A stretch of DNA of 63,289 nucleotides, counting the filler, from Octopus bimaculoides (lineage: Eukaryota): the NCBI RefSeq assembly GCF_001194135.2. It is 7 parts of 7 records of this genome, joined end to end, with 100 filler letters (N's around TTAATTAATTAA, not from the genome) between each part and the next. Parts side by side here need not be neighbours in the genome. Positions count along the whole stretch, not along the records: positions 12,296 to 17,801 come from NC_069004.1; positions 17,902 to 38,366 come from NC_068988.1; 5 more parts are not named here. One strand, written 5' to 3'. Position 1 is the stretch's first letter. Each line of letters begins with the position of its first letter. The notes under the pieces were generated by a model. That model worked only from the letters and a program-made list of their open reading frames with translations, was not told where the DNA came from and searched no databases. Position numbers and translations under genes: made by a program. Below are positions 12,196-23,944 of this stretch, in pieces.

Positions 12196-12295
12196 NNNNN
12201 NNNNNNNNNNNNNNNNNNNNNNNNNNNNNNNNNNNNNNNTTAATTAATTAANNNNNNNNNNNNNNNNNNNNNNNNNNNNNNNNNNNNNNNNNNNN
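12196..12295. other. Assembly spacer N44-TTAATTAATTAA-N44 (cores also at 17846, 38411, 42335, 56122, 61094)
   Basis: Identical 12-mer with stops in all six frames, centred in 100-bp N blocks. Confidence 0.9.
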
Positions 12296-12299
12296 ATAT

Positions 12300-12614
12300 A
12301 GTTCTTTTCCCCTATCGTTTTCTCCTTTACTCTCTCATTGCTCACGTGTGACCATCATTCATCAGACACGTGTACCCTTCACGTAGTTCTCGGGGATATT
12401 CAGGCTGGCCCTTTGAAATACAGGTACAACAGTAACAGGAAGAAAGAGTGAGAGAAAGTTGTGGTGAAAGAGTACAGCAGGGTTCGCCACCATCCCCTCG
12501 TGGAGCTTTAGGTGTTTTTGCTCAATAAACACTCACGACTCCCGGTCTGGGAATCGAAACTGCAATCCTATGACCGTGAGTCCGCTGCCCTAACCACTGG
12601 GCCATTGCACCTCC
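12300..12614 (-). mobile_element. tRNA-derived SINE with intact tRNA-like head (12541-12614)
   Basis: Minus strand ggaggtgcaatggcccagtggttagggcagcggactc...gtttcgattcccagaccggg carries A and B boxes but no CCA/acceptor closure; the body continues into family sequence. Confidence 0.8.
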
Positions 12615-13823
12615 AATCTCAAATTATATATATATACATACATACACACACACACACCTACCCCACAGAGGAAACGTTTTCCTTCACATATTTATGCTCT
12701 ACTCCACCACTTATATTTATAACATTCACAGAAAACAATAAAAACATACTGCAATCGATTGCTGGAGGCAGGTAACATGCAAATTAATCTAAGTGTATAT
12801 ACTGTATGAAGCTAACGAGAAATAATTACGTAGAGAAGATTAAAAAAAATACTGATCTATTTGTTTCAGTAATTTCATCGCAGTCATACTAGGGAATATC
12901 TAGAAGGGCTTTTAATCAAGTAAATTGACCTCAGCGTTTAGACTAAATCTGGTAGTACTTATCCTGCCAGTCTCTTGTGCAAACTGCTGTTACGGGGGAC
13001 ATAAACAAACTAACAGCGATGTGGTCGACACACGACGTGATTCCACGTTTTCTGTGTACCAAATTCTCTCATAATGCATTAGTCAGCCCGTGACTATGAT
13101 AGAAGGCACTTGCCTGAGGTGTAGTGCAGTGGGACTGAACCCGAAACGGCCATGCTGTTGTTCGAGATTACAGATAACGCAAGAAACTGAATATAACAAT
13201 TTGAAAATAGAGCGAAGAGTTGTTTCCCTTAAGTTTGTTATCTCCCGTGTTCAAAATTAACTCACCTCGAAGGAAACTTCTTTGGAATTAATTCTTCGGA
13301 GTATTTTGCAGCTTTTTGCTCCAATTTCTTTTCAATTCGTTTTCTTTTTCTTGAAAAGAAATAAAATACGATGGTAATTATTGTTTTTTTTTTTTTTAAT
13401 TATAGTTTAAAATAAGATTTCTGGGGCCTTAAATTTAACTTCTAGGTATGAGATGTAAAATATCATCACCACTCCTATTTGACACCAGAACCCTCCGAAG
13501 CAAACAAGAACATTTGAATGGTGGTCAGATTTGCGAGGAATAGCAGCTATATTACCTTAAATCTTGTTAGAACACTGCTTTATTAGCGTCGAGATCTTCT
13601 CGTATAGGTGCTACTTGCATATTAGCACACACACACACACTATAGCAGATAGATGAGTGTCATTTCACGAAGGGGGTGCTGAAAAGATCCTGTGTTCTCT
13701 TTTACCCAAAGAGAGAAATTTTTCAGACCCTCACGAGTATATGTATGTATGTGCATATATAAAACATATATATATATGCATATATACACATACATGCACA
13801 TTACATGTCTACATATATATGTA

Positions 13824-13968
13824 TATAAATATAATTAAGAGATCAGCAAATATTTGCTTCACCATATACCGAAGTTCAGAAATAGCAGCTAAAAAAGCTG
13901 AGAATCCCATTTCTGAACTTCGGTATATGGTGAAGCAAATATTTGCTGATCCCTTAATTATATTTATA
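13824..13968. repeat. Near-perfect inverted repeat (60-bp arms, 25-nt spacer)
   Basis: 13824-13883 pairs with 13909-13968 at 59/60 positions (mismatch 13840/13952). Confidence 0.95.
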
Positions 13969-14228
13969 AATATATATGAGCTTTTAAATAAGTTCTCCAC
14001 CAATAATGGTGCTTTCATACCGATGGGCTTGGTAAAAATTGTTAATTGATTTATTAATTAATAAATTGATAATCCTTTACCCTTTTAATTTGTAATATAT
14101 ATGTATATATATATATTTATATATATATATATGCATATATGGGTACAGGACGTAAAAAAATCACGAACAAAATGAGAACCACTGCTCTAACAGGTCAGTT
14201 GATCCACTAGAAACAGCAGTCACATCCT

Positions 14229-14454
14229 TTGACCCTTCAGCATTCCGATCCCCATCTCATTGTAATATTTATGGACAATGCTTTAAATTAATTGTGCATT
14301 ATCTCATGGCTTTGAGATTTCAATGATGCGAGTGCGTATTTTTAGAATGACATTGTAGGGCAAGTGTGGGAGACCAGATCAGGTCAGCTTGAATGAAAAT
14401 GGAGAGAAGGGTCATTTTGGACAGATACAGTGAGTTTAAATTTTAAAGGTTTAA
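14229..14454. mobile_element. MITE-like element with decayed TTAA-ccct termini (piggyBac-like ends)
   Basis: Left ttgacccttcagcatt and right aaattttaaaggtttaa are imperfect inverted copies; non-coding interior. Confidence 0.45.
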
Positions 14455-15214
14455 GTCAGATTGGGTAATTTAATTCAAGGTGTACTTTATAGCTGAATAA
14501 AGAGAGGATGGTTGTGTGGGAGGCCTGTGACCATAAGATTGTGTGTGTATGTGTGTGAAGACGATGTGATGGTAATTACCTAGAAGTGCCATAGAAGTTG
14601 ACAGTTGTGAAAAACTGGGATTTCGCTTCCGGATCCATTAGCTCAATGGCATCATTCTGTAAAATTCCAGGGTTACCAAAATCGAACCAAAACCACTTTT
14701 AAGGAATAAGAATCGTTTAGAATCTGGAACGTTCATTAGAAACTGCTGCTGTAAAAAACAAAAATTTATGCATTCATTCAATGAATTCAACATTTAATGG
14801 TTTTCTTTTCCATGCTGGCATGGATCAAACAATTTCTCTAAGTAGATTTTCTGAGGATTGATACCAACCCCTACCAGTTTCTTAGAAAGCTAGTTTTTCC
14901 ATGGCTAGACAGGTCTCAGAAGATTGGAAACAAAGGTTACTGCTTGTAAGGGGCATAGAGCTGGTTTCCTGGCACATGTAAGGGGATCCAGCTGTAAAAC
15001 CATGTCACAGCCCACTCTTTGGAGTGGTCAGTGTTAGGAAGGGCATCCAGCCATTAAAAAACCGTCAAAACTGAGACAGAAGCATGGTGCAGGTCAAAAC
15101 TGAGACAGAAGCATGGTGCAGGCCAAAATCTGCCAAACCTGGCCAAATCCTGTCAAATTAATCCATGCCAGCATGGAAGGACATTAAATGATGATATAAC
15201 CCTTCCTTGAGGCA

Positions 15215-15372
15215 GGACACCAGTCCGTCGCAGAATTTTTATCAGCCGAGTAAACTGGAGCAAAATGAAAGGAAGTGCTTTGCTCAAGAACACGCTTTGC
15301 CTGGTCCAGGAATTGAAACCACAATCTTATGATTAAGTTCAACATCCTAACCACTAAGCCATGTGCCTCCAC
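15215..15372 (-). mobile_element. CORE-like tRNA-derived SINE
   Basis: Minus head ggaggcacatggcttagtggttagg...gtttcaattcctgg; plus strand ctttgctcaagaacac. Confidence 0.7.
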
Positions 15373-16195
15373 AAATATATTTTTATACTTTTTTTTCTCT
15401 AGACACAAGACTGGAAATTATGGGGGAAGGTTAAAGTCGCTTCAACCCCACTGCGCAACTGGTGCTTAATTTATCTACCCCGAAAGGATGAAAGGCAAAG
15501 TCAACCTCGGCGGAATTTGAACTCGGAATGTAAAGACAGACGAAATACCGCTAAGCATTTCGCCCGGTGTGCTAACGGTTCTGCCAGGTTGCCACCACAA
15601 ATATATTTTTATTACAACTAAACATATATCGGTGCTACTTTGGCATGTGTCTACAAGGGAGATTAGGTTACTTTCTAAATTATTTTGTACTAATTTAACA
15701 TTATATATGTATTTATTTCAAAATACTTACTATTCTAATTAGAAAACCATATAAAACAAACACAGATCACCCACCAAAGTAAATCTGCTCACATAAATCA
15801 CACGGAAAGTGGCACTAACACAAAGGAAACTAAAAAATAACCTAAACTAATTTCCTTTGAAATTGTAGATCACATGCCAGGGGGCACGCTTCTTTTTCTT
15901 AAGGAATTTGAATTTAGTGCTGGTTTCTTGTAAAAATGCAATTGTCTTTGTATCGTTGTTCGTCACATTGTAAAAATTTTTAGCTAACATCTTACGGGTT
16001 TTTAGAAATTGAAAAGAAAACTAAAAAGTAACAAAGCAATTTCCCTTGTAAATCCCATGCCAAAAGAGCACCAACCTGTATTTCAATGTTTGTTTTTAAG
16101 TTCAGTTATAACAATGTTATAATAATGGTTTATCCTTTTTTTTACAATACAAACAGCAAGAATGCTGTACAAATAATTTATCATTCCTAAAGAAG

Positions 16196-16381
16196 ATTAT
16201 CGACAGTGACTTCAAAGTTTCAGCAGTTCAACGATGGCTTGCTTAAGCTGGCCAAAACTTCAAAGCCACTATCGATAATATACTTGTTTAAGGTGGAATA
16301 TATATATATATATATATATATAATAAATGGAGCAAAACACATATAATCAATAAGATTATATGCGTTTTGCCCCATTTATTA
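16196..16381. repeat. Two adjacent hairpins (25-bp imperfect arms 16196-16220/16254-16279; 28-bp arms 16321-16348/16354-16381)
   Basis: Direct reverse-complement comparison. Confidence 0.85.
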
Positions 16382-17194
16382 TTATTATTTATATCAACTC
16401 AAAATACATCACTTTAACATGGAATTTCTACCCCTTAACCGGATACGATATCCCAGTTTGTGTGTGATTTTTGCTACCCTGGTAACTATTAACATATTTG
16501 CATTATCGAAGTTTTTCAACCAAGATAATATCAATATATATATATATATATGGCAAACTGCTTTCAGTTTTATTTACTGAATCCACTCACCAGGTTTTGT
16601 TCCATGATTATAGCAGAAGACACTTGGCCAACATACCATGCAGTGGAACTGAACCTGGAACCAAGTGATCGGAAAGCAAGCTTCTAAACCGCACAGTTAT
16701 GCTTGCAGTTAGATATATTTACACACACCACTTTGCAAACATATTTTCCTAAATTTGATCAGTGTGCAGTAACTTGGATGGCCTGTGACCATACAAGAGT
16801 ATTTTGGTAGACGGAGGCGTCATAGAAAAATAAGAGTCGGCTGGCAGGACATCATCGTCATTTAGCGACCATTTTCCATGCTAGCATGGGTAAGACGGTT
16901 TCATTGCCGCTGGTAAGCTGCACCACTCTCCAGTCTCTTTTGGCTCGATTTCTACAGCTGACATGTAGAAATCCGGCCACCTTAAATGTGTAGTAACCAC
17001 AAAATCAGGCGGGGTGAAAACAAAATACTGAAATCCCCGTCAAAACGGGAGTGGGGTGTTACTTAAATCTACATTGTGTGTTCAAATCCTATTGAGGTTG
17101 CTTTTTCGTAATTTTGTGGCCGGAAGGTTGAGAGATGGTCGAGAGAGGTGCTAAAAACAACAGCTAAATTGCCCTTTTTTGCATAGTGAAACCG

Positions 17195-17375
17195 GTGACC
17201 GATAATAAAGTCACAATTAATTTATGGGATCCGGACCCCCTCTCCCAAGGACAAAAGTGACCGGTAATAAAGTTACAATTTTGGCTAGGAAAAAATGTCA
17301 TAATTTATGGTGGCCGGTAATAAAGTCGCAATTTATGGGATCAAAAACCCCTGTGACTTTTTTTTTACCTGGATT
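17195..17375. repeat. Three dispersed 24-bp direct repeats, probably a DNA-transposon subterminal region
   Basis: gtgaccgataataaagtcacaatt (17195), gtgaccggtaataaagttacaatt (17257), gtggccggtaataaagtcgcaatt (17310). Confidence 0.65.
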
Positions 17376-18094
17376 TATGAAACCGTATTTATACGAATTT
17401 GTTTCTCTCACCATGATAGATGAAATCTTTTTTTTAACCTTTTCTATTACCTAAACGAAAAATTAAATTTTATTTCAAGCTTTTTCCAATACACTCAAAC
17501 AAAATAATAATAATTTATGGTTTTCCTTTTCTTACTATTGCCGTTGAAACAGCAAACATTATTAGAACTTACCTCTTCATCGACTCAGATGTCACTAAGA
17601 AAATACTAAGACTGGAATTTTAAGTTTTCTCGTCACGATGGCCGGGAAATTTAAATTCCGGTTTCAATATTAAATTCTAAGCATTTCTGATCTGCACTCC
17701 AAAGTGAATTGATTCATTTGCAGGAAAATTGGGCAGACAGACAGATACTTCACTAGCAGTGAGCACTTTCACTTCTGACAGCTAATAGCATGATAGTGCC
17801 GNNNNNNNNNNNNNNNNNNNNNNNNNNNNNNNNNNNNNNNNNNNNTTAATTAATTAANNNNNNNNNNNNNNNNNNNNNNNNNNNNNNNNNNNNNNNNNNN
17901 NATATAGATACATTTAAAAAGCATATGTATATGCGTAAAAGTTTGAAAAATTTTATTTCGGCAATATCAACGTATCATAAAAAGAAATACTTCGAAGAAA
18001 TATATGTATTTAACTCAACTTCAATTTTATATCAGATATTGTTTCTTTTTTTCTTCGGTATATTCCATTATCTCTTAAAGACCTACATAATGCA

Positions 18095-18253
18095 CAGGAG
18101 TGGCTGTGTGGTAAGTGGCTTGCTTACGAACCACAAAGTTCTGGGTTCAGTCTCACTGCGTGGCACCTTGGGCAAGTGTCTTCTACTATAGCCTCGGGCC
18201 GACTAAAGCCTTCTGAGTGAATTTGATAGACGGAAACTGAAAGAAGCACGTCC

Positions 18254-18288
<35 letters not shown>

Positions 18289-18465
18289 GTGTATGTGTGC
18301 GTGTGTGTGTGTGTGTCTGTTTGTGTTTGTCCCCTCATCATCATTTGACAACCGATGTTGGTATGTTTATGTCTCCCTAACATAGCGGTAATAAGTACTG
18401 AAGTCGAAGTGTTCAACTAAAATCGGTGCTCCACCATGGCCGCAATCAAATGACTGTAACCTGTA
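18095..18465 (+). mobile_element. Octopus-type SINE with tRNA-like head and CORE-like ggcaccttgggcaagtg
   Basis: gtggctgtgtggtaag...gggttcagtc head; body shared with 28222-28610. Confidence 0.85.
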
Positions 18466-18474
18466 ACGAATAAA

Positions 18475-18606
18475 TATATTGATATATATATATATATATA
18501 TATACTTATGTACATGCATATATATGTGCATATATATATATGTGTGTATGTACATATATATATATGTATGTATATATGCATATGTATGTATAAATATATG
18601 CGTATA

Positions 18607-18637
<31 letters not shown>

Positions 18638-18689
18638 TTATGTATGTATATATACATATATATGTATAGATATACATACATACACACAC

Positions 18690-18728
<39 letters not shown>

Positions 18729-19018
18729 AACACACACAATATGTGTGTTTGTGTTTGTGTGTTCATGTGCAGGTATGTGCATGAGTGTGCGCATGTATGT
18801 GTGTGTGTAAGAGAGCTGTTGAATCTTATTCATTGTATATGTATATATGCATGTGTATTTTAGAGAGAGGGAGAAGGAGAAGGAGAGACAAGTAGAAAGA
18901 GATAACGGGAGAGAGAGACACACAACGTAAGAGAGAGGGAAAGATACACAGAGTTAGTGTCTGCGTGTATATATACAGAATGAGAGGGAACGAATGAAGA
19001 TAAGAGAGTGACAGACAG

Positions 19019-19060
<42 letters not shown>

Positions 19061-19282
19061 AAAGACAGGGATGACTGTACATATATTTCACACAAGTATA
19101 AATGTACCCGTATCATAATATTTAATCTTCACCCAAACAAATGAACACCAACACACAGCACTGAGGTAACCCAGATATGAAAGTTTCTTTCAAAACCCCC
19201 ACTATTACAGTTCAATGTAGCATAGGGTAGTGACAATATTTCTTTCGCAATACTTATATGACAAAAAAGTAATGGAATGCAT

Positions 19283-19323
<41 letters not shown>

Positions 19324-19630
19324 ATGGAGGGATGGAGGGAGCGATGTATTTATGTGTGTGTGTGTGTGTGTGTGTGTGTACATACGAAGGGGTGGAGTAG
19401 ATTTAATGTAATTGTATTCTTAGTTCAACGGTGACTTTCGTTAGGTCATACAAACACATACTCAAGTAACTACTACGCCTATATCTATACGTCTCCTCTT
19501 ACACGCAAACACTATCTCTCTCTCTCTCTCTTTCTCTTTCTCTTTCTCTCTCTCTCTCCCTCTCACACACATACACACATACATACATATATAAATATTC
19601 ATGTTTATGTTTGTGAATATATACACACAC

Positions 19631-19713
<83 letters not shown>

Positions 19714-19855
19714 TACATATATATAAGCATATATATATTTATGTATGTAATGTTGTACCATAGGAAGTGCATACTACTTTATCGGTCTAAATATAAGGTT
19801 GTATGTAAACAAAGCATTATGCGTATCAGGTTCATATGCATACATAAATACAAAA

Positions 19856-19945
<90 letters not shown>

Positions 19946-19950
19946 CTCTG
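18475..19950. repeat. Dinucleotide microsatellite-rich tract: (TA)n, (CA)n, (GA)n, (TG)n
   Basis: Direct reading; source of the spurious YI/CV/HT ORFs. Confidence 0.95.
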
Positions 19951-20341
19951 TGTACGTTTGGGTGTGTGGATGCGTGATAATGTATACAGTTTTTAGAACT
20001 ATTAGCATAAGAGACCTTATCTATTAACGAAAACAGAAGTTATGGTCAGTGAGTGTATGTGTAACGTGTGTTGATTTTATACCATTATTTACTGTGTCTC
20101 ATTTATCTAAATCTATGAACGTATAAGGAAGAACTTGCTGAAGTTACATAAATTTATGAAAGGCCAAAAACAAGGCTACTTTGTTTAATATGAGAGCATT
20201 TTAATGTTTGACAAGCGTAAAAATGTTTTCGAAACTCACTTGAATTTCTTTGCGGTAGAACTCATCAAAAATTTCGTTTTTGTTTAAGATTTATTTATCA
20301 TTCGTTCAGTTGTGAAGTCGCTGTGTATATTGTCTTTGCAG

Positions 20342-20456
20342 GCTCTTCAAGAACTCTGAGGCCGATGTTTAACATCTTCAGTGGTTGCATGTCCTTCACC
20401 GCAGGAAAAGCCTGTGTGGGCATTATGGTGAACGATGTAACAAGGTGTAGCAGTTT
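20342..20456 (+). CDS. Candidate internal host exon (115 bp), product unknown
   Basis: Acceptor tattgtctttgcag ends 20341; donor gtgagt starts 20457. One frame is open throughout (SSRTLRPMFNIFSGCMSFTAGKACVGIMVNDVTRCSS). GC-richer than its flanks, which I do not recognise as repeat. No homology recognised. Confidence 0.35.
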
Positions 20457-22584
20457 GTGAGTCGTCTAGAAGTGGGAGTGAACATAATAGTATAAGGTTT
20501 ATTATAGTGAATGTTTGGGAAGAAGTGCTTATCACATGCAGAGAAAACTAGCTGTGGGTGGCATATGTTGCGTAACACTCATACNNNNNNNNNNTGGCAT
20601 ATGTTGCGTAACACTCATACAAACATACACATATGCGCACTCACATACAGACATGCTTACACACATACGTTATTGGTAATATATATTTATATATACATAT
20701 ACATTCACACCTTACAGGCAATGTGAAATAATGAATTATAAAAGAACAGGAGTTATGCATTCACTCTTTTCGACTAATCTCCTCACCCCAAAATTCCAAG
20801 CCTTGTGCTTTTAATCGAAAAGGTTATTAATTCGGTAGCTGAAAGTAGCGTTAGCACACCGAATAGAATGTTTAACGACGTCCGTCGATAAGCATTTTTA
20901 ATACAACGTTATGATTATATTTCTAAGTTGATTAATGAAAGAAATTGCGTGATCACAATACTATACCTTGATTAATTTAGAATTTAAGTTTAATGATTAA
21001 TCTTACTGTTTTTATTGCTGTGAATTTAGCAAAGCGACGTGTTGACAAAATAATTAAAGAGCTTTGCAGTATTCTTCTGACTTCGTACGTTCTGTGTTCA
21101 AATTCCACTCTTTGTCCTTTCAACGACAATCAAATAAAATATTTCTCAAATAGCCTATCGATGGTATCAGTTAACCATCTTCACTAAAAACTGCTATTAT
21201 ATGCCTAATTAGAAATGATTTTAAGCGCGGTGGATTGGCAGACTCGTTAGTGGCATCATTCTTGCTTTCAACTTTCAAATCTTGCCGAAGTCGAATTTAC
21301 CTTTTATCCTTTTGGGATAAATAAAATAAAGTATCAGTCAAGTACTGGTTCGGTGGTATCTATTAATCCCCTTCCCTCAAAACTGTTGGCTTGGTGCTTA
21401 AATCAGAAGCCTATCGTTGTTGCTTAACCCAACTGATTAAAGACACTCCAGCTATGTATCATTTCTTCTCAAGACCACATCCAACGGTAAAGTGCTAAAG
21501 TGTTATTTGGTGGGAGATTTGGCTGATATTTCTAGTAGGATAGATGACTACTTGGAGAAGTCTCCTCGTTACTTGGATTAATCTTGGTAGATGAGTGATA
21601 GATAGAAAGTAGAATCATTAGAAGGTTAGACTAGATGCTGAGAAGTTTCCTGTTAGAGCCTTTCTGACCGGAGTTCAAATTTCATCGTAATCGACTTTGC
21701 CGTCCTTCCTTTCGAGATCGGTAAAAAAAATTTAAAAAAAAAAAGTATCATTCAAGTACTAAAATTGATTTGATCAACTACACATTTCTCCGCAATGTGT
21801 GACCTTGTAACGAGTTATTATTTATTATTAATACTATATATTAAGTGTAACTTTCATATCGCTCATTCTTCCGTTACAGACTACGTGTTGAGGCTTGCTT
21901 TAATTGTATGTTTTTGAAATACGATCNNNNNNNNNNNNNNNNNNNNNNNNNNNNNNNNNNNNNNNNNNNNNNNNNNNNNNNNNNNNNNNNNNNNNNNNNN
22001 NNNNNNNNNNNNNNNNNNNNNNNNNNNNNNNNNNNNNNNNNNNNNNNNNNNNNNNNNNNNNNNNNNNNNNNNNNNNNNNNNNNNNNNNNNNNNNNNNNNN
22101 NNNNNNNNNNNNNNNNNNNNNNNNNNNNNNNNNNNNNNNNNNNNNNNNNNTATATATAAGTATTTATGAATGTAGGTATGTATGTGTGTGTGTTTGTGTG
22201 TATTGATACATCAGATATGTTTTTTTTAAGTGATCCTGTTTCAAAAGCACATATATAATACATATAAGGGTGCAGACTTTACATTTACCTAAGAAATTTA
22301 ATACATATGCATTAACATGTACGTAATACACACTATGATACACATACACAGGTATCGAAAACTGGATATTTTTGACATCGAAAGTCAATCATCTCTGCAA
22401 CGCGTGGTCAGTAAAACCATTACGATTCATTAAGTGAAATAATAGACGAGGTCTTATTGTAAGAAAAGTAAATTATTTATTTTATCAAGTGGTTCATCGA
22501 TGGAACGAATTTCCAGTAAAAGAGTTTACGCAAACATATGTTGTTAATGTTCTTGGGAGAATTGTGAACGTCATAAATTCTAAT

Positions 22585-23149
22585 CAGGGCCAGTTTTACA
22601 CCAATTAAACTGATTTGTTCAAATTGGGCCCCGCGCCAAGAGAGGGTCCAGAGCACACGCTTGATCGGATGACGCTATGACAAATTAAACATTTCTTAAT
22701 GTTTTTATTGCTTTGAGGATTTACTCTGCAATACCCTTAACAATCTCATCAAATGAAAGAAGTTTTTTTCAAGACTAAAGCTGATTAAGACATACCTACG
22801 CTCAACAATTTCACAAGAAAGACTAAATAATTTGGCCATGTTATTTATGGAAAATCACATTACAAAAACTATTGACTTTGAAATGATTTTGAAAGACTTC
22901 TCAGATTAAATAAGCAGAAAAGACTGATTTTGGAAGGTCTCTTCACAAACACAGTACGTCAGTAATTATCTTGACTTGTAATAAAACATTAAAGCTTTCA
23001 TATGAACTTTTAATTTATAGAATATCATTGTGGCTAATGGTGGAACTTCAAATCTCCAACGCCTTTTTGCTGGGACTGGCGTACTACACGAAGCATGGGC
23101 CCAGTGATAATTCTCTAATTGGGCCCCACACTTTCGAGCGCCAGCACTG
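22585..23149 (+). mobile_element. Internally deleted hAT element with 8-bp TSD
   Basis: CAG...CTG termini; flanks attctaat (22577-22584) and attctgat (23150-23157). Interior encodes IALRIYSAIPLTISSNERSF / KLIKTYLRSTISQERLNNLAML (hAT dimerisation domain). Confidence 0.85.
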
Positions 23150-23389
23150 ATTCTGATACCCTTTCTCACAAACTAAACCGATTTATCTTTTAAAATAAAA
23201 TGTTATGTGAATATCTTTCTCAGTTCAATGAACTTCGAACTAACACGAATGTCAACAGGAGAAATTATTCAGAAAACTATGAATCATAAAATTCTTCTGT
23301 CAAAAGCTAGACTGCAAAATATGAAGCGGCTTTGTCAAGTAATAGAAGACGATGACCACCACAGACAGGAGGAACACTCGAAGGTAGAT

Positions 23390-23545
23390 GAGCAACATCA
23401 AGGAATGGACAAGGAGAAAAATGGTGGTTGAGCAACATCAAGGTATGGACAAGGTGAAAAATGGTGGTTGAGCAACATCAAGGTATGGACAAGGAGAAAA
23501 ATGGTGGTTGAGCAACATCAAGGTATGGACAAGGAGGAAAATGGT
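23390..23545 (+). repeat. 40-bp minisatellite, about 3.9 copies
   Basis: gagcaacatcaagg(a/t)atggacaagg(a/t)gaaaaatggtggtt at 23390, 23430, 23470 and 23510 (partial). Confidence 0.95.
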
Positions 23546-23944
23546 AGAAAAAAGAAAAGAGTAAGGTTGTGCCTATGTTCTAATATCCGCCTTTCCTATG
23601 CAACAGAGATTGACTGAGTATACAACAGAAATTTAAAGCTCTTTTTTTTTAGCTTAGCTATTATCTTTTATCAGTTACTTGTTTCAGTCACTGGGCTGTG
23701 GTCATGCTGGAGCACAGCCTCGAAAGGTTTAGTCAAATAAATCGACCTCAATAAATATTTTTTAAGCCTGTCGTTTTTCTCCGAAACGCTAAGTTACTGA
23801 GACGTAAACATTAGCAACACCGATTGTTAAACGGTGAGAAGCACAAAGATTTATACGCATGGTACTTCTGCTATAGCCTCAGGTCAGCCAAAGCCTTGTG
23901 TGTGTATTTGGTTGACGGAAACTGAAAGAAGCCTGTCGTATATA

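Noticed and set aside
12240-12251. Recurring TTAATTAATTAA 12-mer (six copies in the window)
   Set aside because: Always centred in 44+44 Ns and encodes stops in all frames: an assembly spacer, not biology.
12541-12614. tRNA gene (also heads at about 591-650, 15305-15372, 18095, 28222)
   Set aside because: A/B boxes run into SINE bodies; no complete cloverleaf or terminator.
15064-15121. Exact 29-bp tandem duplication
   Set aside because: Ordinary slippage inside a repeat tail.
20347-20535. Minus-strand 62-aa ORF with a hydrophobic N-terminus
   Set aside because: Starts at GTG with no in-frame ATG, and overlaps the better-supported plus-strand exon candidate.
20560-20610. Direct repeat tggcatatgttgcgtaacactcatac on both sides of 10 Ns
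   Set aside because: Unmerged contig overlap.
21880-21905. Possible micro-exons (26 bp here; 22 bp on the minus strand near 17573-17594; 29 bp near 55631)
   Set aside because: Splice-like words are expected by chance at this length; no independent support.
23390-23545. 40-bp array as a CRISPR
   Set aside because: Contiguous units with no unique spacers, no cas genes, eukaryotic context.
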